Notes: generated from the sequence alone by a model not told the origin. Positions 14,070 to 25,689 are shown, counted from the stretch's first letter. The stretch: 64,000 bases of DNA from Tubiluchus corallicola (GCA_030141605.1 JAQGDQ010000499.1:62001-126000); one strand, 5' to 3'. A program made the numbers and translations.

Positions 14070-15435
14070 TTAACGCAGAGTTACCAACTCTTCTGCAGAT
14101 GTGGGATGAATCGCTACCGTCTGGTCGAAGTCCTTTTTTGTAGCGCCCATCTTAATAGCCACCGCGAAACCTTGGAGAATCTCATCGCATCCCAATCCGA
14201 TCATGTGCAGACCGACGACCTTCTCCTCCGGACCGGCACAGACTAACTTCATGGTACATTTTACTTTACGCGTAGTGACAGCGTGATACAGAGGCAAAAA
14301 CGTCGACTTGTAAACCTTTACGGCACCTTCTCCGTACTTTTCTGATGCTTCTCTCTCCGTTATACCGATGGTACCGATGGGTGGATGGCTGAAAACCACG
14401 GTGGCAATGTTGGAATAATCGAGCTTTGCGTTGGGCTGGTTGTCGAAAAGGCGACAAGCTAACTGTCGGCCGGCTGCTATGGCAACAGGTGTCAACAGTG
14501 CTTTTCCGCACACGTCTCCGAGAGCGTATATGTTTTTAACGGAGGTGTTCTGGTATTCATCGACTTTGATGTGTCCTTTGTTATCCAATTGAATGCCTAA
14601 CTTCTCCAAACCTACAGAACAAAAATCAATAATCAAATCAACAATTAAATCCTTGAGTAAAATTTAAAAATTAAATTAAATTAATGAGCACCATACAAGA
14701 TTATTCCTCAATTTCTTAATCACTACTATATTTTAGATGCCCACAGCTTCACTAAGCAGCCTAAGACATCGTTTCAATAGCACTGTGCTAGATAATTTGT
14801 TCTTTACATCTTCTTAAGAGATGGCGCTGTAATCACTTCATAAATTGCACAGTGGGGCCAACAAGCCTCTGGTATAGCAGTGCCATGTCGTGCCATATTT
14901 TACAAAAGTGATCTTGTTCAGTGTTTAATGCTCATGTTCTTGCCTAAAATTGTTTGCTGTAGACAATTAAGTATGCATTATTTTATCTGTATTAAATTGA
15001 CTTGCTTTTTAACTGCCAAATACTGCTGCACTGTGCTACCAGCTGTCTCTGAATAAACGCAATAAACAATACTCTAAAGGCAAACACCCATTGCAAACGA
15101 TTATTTTTAAAGTGAAATAGGAGAAAAGACATTTAAGAAAAATGTCTCAGGATGATAAAGATGTCTTAAATCATCAAGCTTGACAAAAGAATTAACAGTG
15201 AGAAAATCACAAATGTATACCCAGTTTGGAATGAGGGACACGACCTATGGCCCATAGCAGACAGTCGACATCTGACACTGTTCCTGTAGTGGTTTTCATT
15301 GTCAGTCGTCCGTCAGCTTGTTTTTCTACTGACTGAGTCTGGGTACGGCGGAGAACAGTTACGCCAATGTTTTCCAACTCCTCGGTTACGTTGGTGCTAA
15401 TCATATCATCAAATGTTCGAAGAACCTTGTCATAT
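14070..15435 (-). CDS. GSR: Glutathione reductase, last two coding exons (15221-15435 and 14070-14611); 5' exons not found in the window
   Basis: [14 protein letters not shown]...[13 protein letters not shown] | [10 protein letters not shown]...[18 protein letters not shown]...[10 protein letters not shown]...[14 protein letters not shown] matches the animal GSR C-terminal half as I recall it. Phase-1 GT-AG intron at 14612-15220. Confidence 0.95.
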
Positions 15436-15468
15436 CTGAACAATCAATAAAGTTTTTATAAAATATAT

Positions 15469-16096
15469 CAAAAAAAACAGAAATGTGCTTTAGATTTACA
15501 TGAAATAGAGAGAATCCAAAATAGGCAACCTTGTATAGGTAAAATAAAAGCAGTCTGATTTGCAAAAAATAGCCCACCATTCGTTTTTATTTTTTTCATT
15601 GTTTTATCACAAAGTGCTGATGTTTGTTCAGTTACTTGATAACATTTTTTTCGCGTGTTTAATTTACGTGCCAAAATCTGTGTTAATCGATGTTACAACC
15701 CGCTGCGTTGACATTAACAATCGTCTTCGATCACTTTTATATGTTCCCTCTTGTCATAAATATTCATTTTTTCTCGTTTGGTTTTCCTGTTTGGCTTTCC
15801 TGTCTGAATAGCTTCACCCTGCCTAGTGAGGTCAGGATGCATCCAATCTGTTTCACAATTTTAATGAGCTATACCACATGTACCGTATTTATTCGAGTAT
15901 AACGCGCACCCCTAATTTTCGATTAAAAATCGGTATAAAGTTTCGTTTCACTTTTTTTCGGCTCAGACCAAGCATTGTAAGTGACAAACGTTGTTGAACA
16001 ACTCCAGTCTCTAACATGGGCCAGGCACCGTCTGACAAAGTTTGCTGATGACGCAAATATTATTGATTATTTCCTTAGCTACACCTCACCCCAGCC
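15469..16096. repeat. Left arm of a ~630 bp inverted duplication (partner 21928-22556)
   Basis: Reverse-complement match with scattered substitutions; also visible as mirrored ORFs 15560+/22464- and 15690+/22334-. Confidence 0.95.
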
Positions 16097-16790
16097 ATTA
16101 CAGGTATGTTATATTGAATGATATTTTGAACATTATTTGTGGTCATCACAGGTGCTACTCCAGACTCCAGCCATTACAGGTATGTTATATTGAATGATAT
16201 TTTGAACATTATTTGTGGTCATCACAGGTGCTACTCCAGACTCCAGCCATTACAGGTATGTTATATTGAATGATATTTTGAACATTATTTGTGGTCATCA
16301 CAGGTGCTACTCCAGACTCCAGCCATTACAGGTATGTTATATTGAATGATATTTTGAACATTATTTGTGGTCATCACAGGTGCTACTCCGACCCAGCCAT
16401 TACAGGTATGTTATATTGAGATATTTGAAATTTGTGAACAGGTGCTACTCCAGACCTTCAGGTTGTTTGTTTATTGAATGATATTTTGAACTTTATTTGT
16501 GGTCATCACAGGTGCTACTCCAGACTCCAGCCATTACAGGTATGTTATATTGAATGATATTTTGAACATTATTTGTGGTCATCACAGGTGCTACTCCAGA
16601 CTCCAGCCATTACAGGTATGTTATATTGAATGATATTTTGAACTTAATTTGTGGTCATCACAGGTGCTACTCCAGACTCCAGCCATTACAGGTACGTTAT
16701 ATTGAATGATATTTTGAACTTAATTTGTGGTCATCACATGTGCTACTCCAGACTCCAGCCACTTCAAGTATGTTATATTGAAGGATATAT
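16091..16790. repeat. ~60-bp minisatellite, ~11 copies
   Basis: Unit CCAGCCATTACAGGTATGTTATATTGAATGATATTTTGAACATTATTTGTGGTCATCACAGGTGCTACTCCAGACT-like; two degraded units near 16390-16490. Confidence 0.9.
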
Positions 16791-17373
16791 GGTTTCAATT
16801 TCCCATCGCATCAACAATTTCAGCTGAAGTTTGTGGCTTATCTAATGAAGTTGCCATTTCTTTTGCTAATGGAATATTCTGACCTACTCTGCTGATCGAG
16901 AACTTGTTTAAATGGCTGGTGTAACTACAGACACGAGATGTAAAATATTTTAAACGTTGTTGTTTTTATCAGTTTTATGATATACAATCATTTAGGGTAA
17001 ACATAGAGTCATAATTTTATCATGTGAACGCTGCCTTGCCTTGTACAAACATGTAATCTTTGTACATTCAGTTTATAAACATACGGCACCGACTAAGAAA
17101 ATAACTCTTCACTTTGTCCAGTCTACATAGATGAATAACTTAAGCACAAAAAAACCCTCCACTTACATAAAGCTCAAAAAATTTGTTTTGAAATTTTGTA
17201 CGACTTACATACTGCCTCTTTGCACACAGGGCTTGCGTCGGCAGTAACGCTGTATAAAAGAAGCAAATTCAAACTCTGGCGATGACCGTCAGACGCAGCC
17301 ATTTTAAAGACAAGTCATTTGAATGATGTCCTAAGTTCAAAAAGCAGATTAGTGAGACAGCAGGGTCCATGGA

Positions 17374-19066
17374 TCAACTGCTGCCATTGGGCGTGGCATT
17401 GATCTGTACGGAATCACGATGTAGGGTCCCGCAACGTCCTTCAAACAAAATATCGTTTATCGCCTTTTTAGCAAACAGTTGCTGTTCACGATCCATTAGA
17501 GAAATTTCATGGGCCCAAGTTTTTGCCAAATTCACATAGTTGTCATCCGTCTGTCGTATGAGAGTACAAGCTAAAGAAATCAGTTCGTCTCGTTTCTCGT
17601 CCTGGTCCAGTTTAGTGCGCTTGTAAGGTTGACCTGTTGACGTTGCTGTGCAAGTCGCTGGCTGTGGTGTTTGTGCCCATGCTTGATTGAGTTCCGGTTC
17701 GATTTCCGGTTCTTCTTTGAGCTGAAAAACACGGGAAATAATGTTTTTTTACTCAGTTCACAAAGGAATAGAAGCAAATCAGAAGATTTTTGAAAATTCA
17801 TGGTGCTTCCAGTACACTCAATTTACGATTTTTTATTTGTCAAAATAAAAGTTTCGTTAATGATGACATTGAGTTCACGTTTTGGTGTATTAGGTAATAA
17901 TTATATATTAAAGGAAGAGCGGACGATTGTTTAGACTCAATCTCATCTTAATTTACTGTCCAAAGTACACATTTTCTTGCCTATAAAAGTTAGCAATTGT
18001 TCTTTATATTTGAATAATAATTAGCTTAGAAAATTAATTAACAGCAACCGAACACAGCTATTGTTTACATCATAAACTAACAATAGAATGTGCAATGGCA
18101 GGCATCTTCGTTTGTGCGTCAAGCATGTTCCCTTAAGCATTGCTGTTTAAACGCGTGATGTCACAAATGTGGCCTCTACGTCACATGACGTCAGAAACTA
18201 ACACTGCAGTTCATGTGACACATGATTATGGTTATCAAGGTACCGCCTTCTATTTTTCGGCCACGCAAAGGTGACAAAAAGGCGCCGTTGCCAATCTACA
18301 TAATGCGTGATCCGTAATGCGTATGCAACAGTTTATATTTGAACACGTGGAAGTGTTTCCATGTGTACGTAATGCGAATGCAACAGTTTATATTTTAACA
18401 CGTGGAAGTGTTTCCATGTGTACGTAATGCGTGATGCGTGATCGCAATGCGTATGAAACAGTTTATATTTAATGCGTAACCGTGATGCGTATTCATTCGA
18501 ACGTGATGGCTGTCATCAGAATACGCATCACGCATTACGGCGCACAAGGAGTCGTAGCTCAATTCTAACAGTAAAACAAACCCGTCATCCTAAGTGAATT
18601 ATTCCTTATTGAATCTTAACAATGGGAATAAATGTAAACAATCACATTTATAATCAATGTTACCTACATTTTGCACTTGCAGCATTTCATCTTGATAATA
18701 ATCCCCCTCAGCTGCTGCTTGAGACTGCGCATGCGTTTCCTGATCGACAAGGAACAACATGGATTCAAAATACCACAAATTTGATTCATAAACATCTGTT
18801 CCATCACCGAACTCCAAGGAGTCATTAATCTTCTTCAATTCCTTTCGAAAATTCGTCCTCAAAGAATTCACTTTCTTTTTAAGATCCTCTTTTGTTGCGT
18901 TTTCATACAGTTCCCGGTACTTCCTCAACAGCACTTCGTAGGCCTGTTCTTTTTTACTTCTGTCAGTGTATACGTCACTCTTTACTTTCCAGAGGGCTGG
19001 TAAATTTCTGTAAACATCTATCACTTCTAGAAGGAAATTCCTTTCATCTGCTTTTAGTTGCGCCAT
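17374..19066 (-). CDS. MADF (Myb/SANT-like) domain protein with a C-terminal BESS-like motif, 2 exons, 248 aa
   Basis: Exon 1 18668-19066 ([54 protein letters not shown] = MADF). Phase-0 intron AAT|GTAGGT...TTTTCAG. Exon 2 17374-17721 ([37 protein letters not shown]), which the ORF track misses. Confidence 0.88.
17911..18255. mobile_element. Interspersed repeat in the MADF intron (second copy ~33997-34327 in the last calumenin intron)
   Basis: Shared TTAGACTCAATCTCAT...GACGTCAGAAACTAACACTGCA...GTACCGCCTTCTATT. Confidence 0.7.
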
Positions 19067-19338
19067 AATCTCCCCTCTACGAATGTTAGACGGGAAATGA
19101 AATCGATAAACTGTACATGATACAGTAGACTGTATTGTGCAATATATGGACGAGGCGTCACGTGTTTATTGCACAATGCGCAGTCGTCAATATTTACGGC
19201 TATTTCGTCAGTACATTGGGCAGTCACCTACAGTCAATCAATAAAATTCTTAATGCTGTACGTAGAGGCGAATTAACTGTATAGACTGAGCCTATATTTA
19301 GCCTAGGCCCTAGGGCCTTATATTTTGATAGACTTGAA

Positions 19339-20012
19339 AGGACAAGAAAATGGGTATCTGACGTAAGTTCCAGAAAAATCGTATTAAAAAAATATAGTAC
19401 TTTATAGCAATTTTATGCGTATATCGTACTCATGTTGACTAACAGAGAAATTTTTGTTTGTTTTCCGCGACACTGTTCCGAAGTCGCCATTACATGACGT
19501 CACCTACGCAAACGTAAATCAGGGGAAGAAAAGGTAATGTTAAATTCTGTCCCAAAAAACTTTCCAAGCAATGTTATATTACTTTGCATTTCGTTTACAT
19601 GTATAAAAGACTTAGGTAACTAGAAAAGAAAATTATTAATTATTTAGAATGTTTTCAGCAATTGGTAAGGTGTCGTTGACACACCCTCCAGGGTGCGCCA
19701 CTCACTAAACAAAAACGCGTTTTTAATCTTATTGACAAGATACAGTAATTTTAAATTTTACTTAGTTAATGACTTGTGCGCTACGAATGCTCTGATTATT
19801 TTTTCAAACTTTACACGATGTTATCTAAACTTGTTTCAAATGACTTATCGACAAAATGGATGCATCTAACGGTCATCACAGGAGACTAAACTTACATGTT
19901 TTATACAGCGTTACTGCCGACACAAGTCCTGCATGCAAAAAGGCAGTATGTGAGTGGTATAAAATTTCAAGATGATTTTTAAGCTTGATGTAAATTGAGG
20001 GTTTTTTGTGCT
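19339..20012. mobile_element. Kolobok-like family A, long copy
   Basis: AGGACAAGAAAA...TTTTTTGTGCT|TTAA; collinear with 59601-60272. Confidence 0.7.
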
Positions 20013-20244
20013 TTAAGCTCAGTATGACTCAGTATGGAAAAATCTCTGAACACTTTTCTTCATGGTCACGCATCCGATTACTAACCGGACTCCACTGCTT
20101 AACTCCAATAATTGTAATTTTTTTGCTTAGAATTGATGTCTAATAATTTCTCTTTTATGGGAAAATAACTTTCTGTTACAACCACAGTGCTACATTTAAG
20201 ATTTGAAAATTGTTTTTATTTATTAATTGTACCTTTTAATGCGC

Positions 20245-20600
20245 GCAAACAATGCCCTAAACAACTTAACCCTGAATTCATTTCATTTTTGGCCGGTGGA
20301 TGTCACCGCGATCTTTTAAAAATTTAATTGTGAGTGGCAAAATAGGACCAGGCAAATAGGTGCAGCAAACAATGCCCTAAACAAGTTTGCCTTGAATTCA
20401 ATTCATTTCCTGCTGGTAGATGTCACTGCGATCCTTTAAAAATTTAATCATGTGTGGCAAAATAGGACCAGGCAAATAGCTCCAGTAAACAATGCCCTAA
20501 ACAACATAGCCCTGAATTCAATTCATTTTCTGCAGGTAGATGTCACTGCGATCCTTTAAAAATTTAATTATGTTTGGCAAAATAGGACCAGGCAAATACT
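20245..20600. repeat. ~120-bp tandem repeat, 3 copies
   Basis: AAACAATGCCCTAAACAA...GGCAAAATAGGACCAGGCAAATA repeated three times. Confidence 0.85.
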
Positions 20601-21852
20601 ATAAGTTCAGCGTTTTGACTGGATACAGTCCCTTCATTTACTCTGTCACAGCCAATGGAAATAAAAATACACAACAAAAGCAAAAAGTCAACATAAGAAC
20701 AAATGCCGAACAATTAATGTTTACTATTATTAACAAGAAAAATTTATTTTACTTGGATTTCGTAAAAAAGTTATAAGGTTGACATGGAAACAGTTGCTAC
20801 CTTTAATGATTATAACTAGTGATTTTTATACATACAATAACGATAACATCGCAACAGGTACTTTATTACAATAATACTATTGGTTTCATTATATAAATGA
20901 TCTTCACTGCTTCATAAACTAAATAAAGGATATATATCAAACACAGTATTACATCTTACTATCAGGAATTATTACAGTGCGTCGCGAATCTGTTACATAT
21001 ACGCGAGGAACGTAGGAAACAATTTTCTTCTTTTTTTTAATGCGGAACTATTTGCCAAGGAGGCGGAGCAGTTCGGAACTACTTCTGCAGACGGAAAGAA
21101 ACCGCTTTTGTGTTAAAATTACTCACAAAGAGTTTTGTGTTATTTTGTATCTTCATAAGTTTTAATAAAAGCATTTATAGTTCTTATTAATCCATGTGTC
21201 TGATGCATCTGTTTTCGCCTGCCTGAGTTTACTATTTGTGCGTTGTCTGTTTTGTTTGGAACGAGCGCTTACCTAGACATCTGAGGGGAGACGCCCATTC
21301 CCCCCTCGCAAAGGTAAGGTTGTTTGAAACAAGCGCTTACCTGGATATCAGAGGGGAGGCGCCCATTCCACCCTCGCAAATGTAAAATTTTTTGTTAAAT
21401 TTAATCATCAGTGACCAATGGTAGAAGTGCTACTCGGAACGTGAAAGGAGGGCATTTCCTACACAACTCTTGTAAAAAGGTTTTATCGAATTTGTTCCTC
21501 CATTTTGCATTTTGCAACGCACGTACGTACTAGTTGTCTACAAAAATGCCCATTTACACCAGGTGTAGAGCGTAGAGTCTGTCCTGTCTTGTTTTGTGAA
21601 TCCTGCGGTGACAAAAGTCAAATGCGCATGCGTGTTGTCCCGAAGAGCAATATGTCTACTACCGGGGGTACTTGCCAGTGTGTGAAAAGTCGGATCGAAC
21701 AGCAATAAGAGCCAGTTTATCCAGTCGAACCAGTAGCTGCTACATCTTGGGAAAGTATTTCTGATTATCAGCAAAGACCAGATGAAATTTATTTCAACAT
21801 AATAGAAAGTGAATTAACACACGTAACCAGAGTGAGACGCAGGTGGGACGTA

Positions 21853-22141
21853 CCGTATTTATTCGAATATAACGCGCAAAAATTTCGACCTAAAAAACTC
21901 AAAGTTTGGGTGCGCGTTATAAACGAGGGCTGGGGTGAGGTGTAGCTAAGGAAATAATCAATAAGATTTGCGTCATCAGCAAACTTTGTCAGACGGTGCC
22001 TGGCCCATGTTAGAGACTGGAATTGTTCAACAACGTTTGTCACTTACAATGCTTGGTCTGAGCCGAAAAAAAGTGAAACGAAACTTTATACCGAATTTTA
22101 ATCGAAAATTAGGGGTGCGCGTTATACTCGAATAAATACGG
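21853..22141. mobile_element. Complete Tc1/mariner-pogo type MITE
   Basis: TA|CCGTATTTATTCGAATATAACGCGCA...TGCGCGTTATACTCGAATAAATACGG|TA. A truncated inverted copy lies at 15883-16096. Confidence 0.85.
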
Positions 22142-22556
22142 TACATGTGGTATAGCTCATTAAAATTGTGAAACAGATTGGATGCATCCTGACCTCACTA
22201 CGCAGGGTGAAGCTATTCAGACAGGAAAGCCAAACAGGAAAACCAAACGACAAAAAATGAATATTTATGACAAGAGGGAACATGTAAAAGTGATCGAAGA
22301 CGATCGTTAATGTCAACGCAGCGGGTTGTAACATCCATTAACACAGATTTTGGAACGTAAATTAAACACGCGAAAAAAATGTTATCAAGTAACTGAACAA
22401 ACATCAGCACTTTGTGATAAAACAATGAAAAAAATAAAAACGAATGGTGGGCTATTTTTTGCAAATCAGACTGCTTTTATTTTACCTATACAAGGTTGCC
22501 TATTTTGGATTCTCTCTATTTCATGTAAATCTACAGCACATTTCTGTTTTTTTTTG
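21928..22556. repeat. Right arm of the inverted duplication (partner 15469-16096)
   Basis: Reverse-complement match to the left arm. Confidence 0.95.
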
Positions 22557-22694
22557 GAATTTCTTTTTTCTGTCCCCGGCACACGTACACAGGCACACAC
22601 ACGTCTGAACCTTGCGGAAGGCTGAGACACGGTTTTTCTTTTTCATTTTTTCGTTTTCTTTTTTTCGTTCACAACATAACGAACATTTCTTGTG

Positions 22695-23195
22695 TCTGCA
22701 CGCGCACAAACATGCTCACGCGCACACAAGGTTGCTTGCACGCACACAAACATGCTCACGCGCACACAAGGTTGCTTGCACGCGCACAAACATGCTCACA
22801 CGCACACAAGGTTGCTTGAACCTTGCACAAACATGTTCACACACACACAAGGTTGCTTGAACCTTGCACAGACATGCTCACGCACACACAAGGTTGCTTG
22901 CATGCGCACAAACATGCTCACGCGCACACAAGGTTGCTTGAACCTTGCACAGACATGCTCACGCACACACAAGGTTGCTTGAACCTTGCACAGACATGCT
23001 CACGCGCACACAAGGTTGCTTGCATGCGCACAAACATGCTTACGTGCACACAAGGTTGCTTGCATGCGCACAGACATGCTCACGCGCTCACAAGGTTGCT
23101 TGCATGCACACAAACATGCTCACGTGCACACAAAGTTGCTTGAACCTTGCACAGACATGCTCACACGCTCACAAGGTTGCTTGAACCTTGCACAG
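22695..23195. repeat. Minisatellite with two unit variants (GCACAAACATGCTCACGCGCACACAAGGTTGCTT +/- GAACCTT)
   Basis: Directly visible tandem copies. Confidence 0.9.
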
Positions 23196-23789
23196 AAAAC
23201 TTATTCGCATGGGAAGTGTATATACATACGCTTCCATCAGACCACAATTAAGTCACGAGGTTAATGTGTCTGCGACAAGCAATTCATTATGGTACAAAGT
23301 TAGTCACATTACACATTGTAACACACTAATGCACGCATGCGCACGCGTAATAAAAACATTCAAATTATTACATTTTTCTTTTCTTTTTTTCTTAATTTTC
23401 CATGTCAAAGTATAACTGCCAACAGTGATATTAGTTCTGACTAGCCTTCAAAGTACTGTATAAGAGGTGAAGTTAGAAGATTTTCACCATTCTAACACAG
23501 TAACATTGCAGGGCGCGGAATACGCTGAGGCGCATGCGCTAAATTTGCAGAAAACCAGTCAGTGTCGTACGTGGGCAGTCCAAGCAGGGCGCTGGCAACT
23601 TTACTATAGTGATTTACAATGTGGTGTTCTTATGCTTTCCACCACAGTGAATTGAAGTTCATATGTTTGCATCAAGCTGCAACTGCAGTATGAAGTCAGC
23701 ATGTAAGACAAAACTTACAGCACAATTTGAAATCACCCCAGAACGAAATGTTGTCATTGTCATTATCATCGTTAATTCATCATCAACAC

Positions 23790-25520
23790 TGCTGGTGGCA
23801 ACCAGCAATATTTACCATATCCGCACCAGTATGGTAAACTATCAGACATGCACATATGCAGAGGTCTGAAACATTTGTCTTCCCCATCATCATCATCATC
23901 GTGGTCATCATCACTGCTGGAGACAGCAATATTTACCGTATTTGTTTTACAGTAAACCGTCAGACGTGCATGCATGCAGAGGTCTGAGGACCACTGTCCA
24001 TTCCAGGCACTCCAAGCTAATCCGAAACAAAGATAAATGCCCGGAACCATCAGAGATGCCTATTTGGCAGAGGTCTGAAAAGGTGAACATCACTTGTTAA
24101 CAAGGAAACAGCAGAGTTCCTAGTTATCAAGAGTGATGACGTTGCTGCTGTTATTTGTTATTGTTGTTGTTGTTGCTGTTTGTTACTGTTATCAAAAAAC
24201 GGCACCAAAATTGGATCCAAGTGGAGAATGATTTGAAAGACACATGCAGAAAGAAACTACAAATGTTTACGTTGTGGATGGCTACATCCATTGTCATTCC
24301 CCCAGAAGAACGGAAACCTAGTTTTCACGAAATCTGATTCTGAGACACAAATCAAAATAAAACGCAAACCGAAAGAGACAAAACATTGGAAAGTTTTAAG
24401 ACCAATGTATCCAGTAACATGTCAGTACCTGTTACTTGCAGAATCTAAATGCTTGCCCCATGGGATCCAGAATTCAGCACCATTTTCTCATCAGACATGC
24501 TTTGTAAGCAGAGGTCTGAATAAAATCTCTCTCATATTAATGGTTACCCCAAAAATTTCGAAAGGGTAAAAAGGCTAGCAGAACCAAAGCAGTGTACTAT
24601 TCCATGGCTTAATACACTGAGCAGTAATCAACAATGAGTAAAACACGGACAAACAAACACCTTGCAAGACCACTGGAACAGGACTAACAAACACTGCAAG
24701 ACCACTGACCATCAGCTGCATTACAGAGATTTGAAAATCTCTTGTCAATGCGACTAACTACAGAAACCAAGAGCTTTTACTGTGTAGAACTGCCACACCC
24801 AAGACCGATGTTATAAACAGTATGATGTCTCTAAGAGGGATGAAAAAAATACTACTGTCTGAAATCACATCCTCCAAGCTTTTAGTGATCTTGTTACAAA
24901 TTCCACTGGACAGCCACAACTCGCCACTCAAACGTGTCAGTGGCAATGTTGTTAAGATGTTCACAAATTCCGTGTTGTTGAAAGGAGGGATTTTGACAAT
25001 GTCATCATTTTCAAGGTTTAGTTTTACAAATGTTTATCAATTTGCAAACTTTCAACTGCATTTTTTCATGTAGCGTTGTTTTTTTTTGCAAATACCTTCA
25101 GGTAGATGGCAGAAACGTAGTGTCGACACACGACCAAACAAGTGAAAACATGTTCCAAGCTAATCCGATGAAAATGCGGCATCACAATGGATGGCTGGAA
25201 CCGTCAGGCATGCTTACAAGCAGAGGTCTGAAGAAACATCCTGGAATTGAAAACCCACAACTGTGAACAGCAGAGCATTTAACCAAAGCCGATGATTTTC
25301 AATCCAGACCTAGCCATGCAGGTACATGGTAAATCATCAGTCATGCATCGCTGCAGAGAATTGACAAAGTACCACTTCAAGAAATGCCAGTTTAACTACT
25401 GCATTTGGCTAGGCAGCTCACACAAGTGGTAAAGTAATGTTCTCCTGTGTGAATTTAACTCACAATTTACCATGATTCAATAGTAAATCATCAGACATGC
25501 ACAATGTGCAGAGGCCTGAA
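23790..25520. ncRNA. Candidate modular structured non-coding RNA: ~9 dispersed copies of a conserved hairpin module
   Basis: Hairpin TCAGAC-R-TGCN..NGCA-GAG-GTCTGA at 23842, 23960, 24050, 24491, 25204, 25337 and 25491 (degenerate at 24422 and 24712), with compensatory changes. No reading frame is conserved across copies. Strand unresolved. Confidence 0.5.
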
Positions 25521-25689
25521 TGAAAACTTCACTGCATGAATTAACCACAATTACTGAATACGTAGATATACACACACCGGGCATTCATCTGCCGGTGCTA
25601 GCTTATATTTACCGCTTTCGGTACTATTTTGCTTTGAGAAACTACAATTTCTCTAAACTCAGCAATGGACTTTGCAAGAGTACACTGAA

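Noticed and set aside
15435-18668. MADF exon 1 spliced to the GSR 3' exons as a fusion protein
   Set aside because: The visible MADF donors are phase 0 or 1, whereas the GSR acceptor needs phase 2.
21640-21690. GGTC-containing peptide (TTGGTCQCV) as the missing GSR active-site exon
   Set aside because: Lacks CVNVGCVPKK and suitable splice context; a chance match.
15469-22556. Single 7-kb transposon with 630-bp TIRs
   Set aside because: No TSD or transposase; the arm boundary cuts through an independent MITE, which indicates a duplication rather than true TIRs.
23842-25519. CRISPR array interpretation of the repeated palindromic motif with unique spacers
   Set aside because: Eukaryotic context, no cas genes, highly irregular spacer lengths, and repeat interiors that vary.
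23842-25519. Hammerhead ribozyme or C/D snoRNA reading of CTGATGA (minus strand) and CTGA
   Set aside because: No GAAA after the following stem, CTGANGA is not conserved in most copies, and there is no consistent C-box/D-box spacing.
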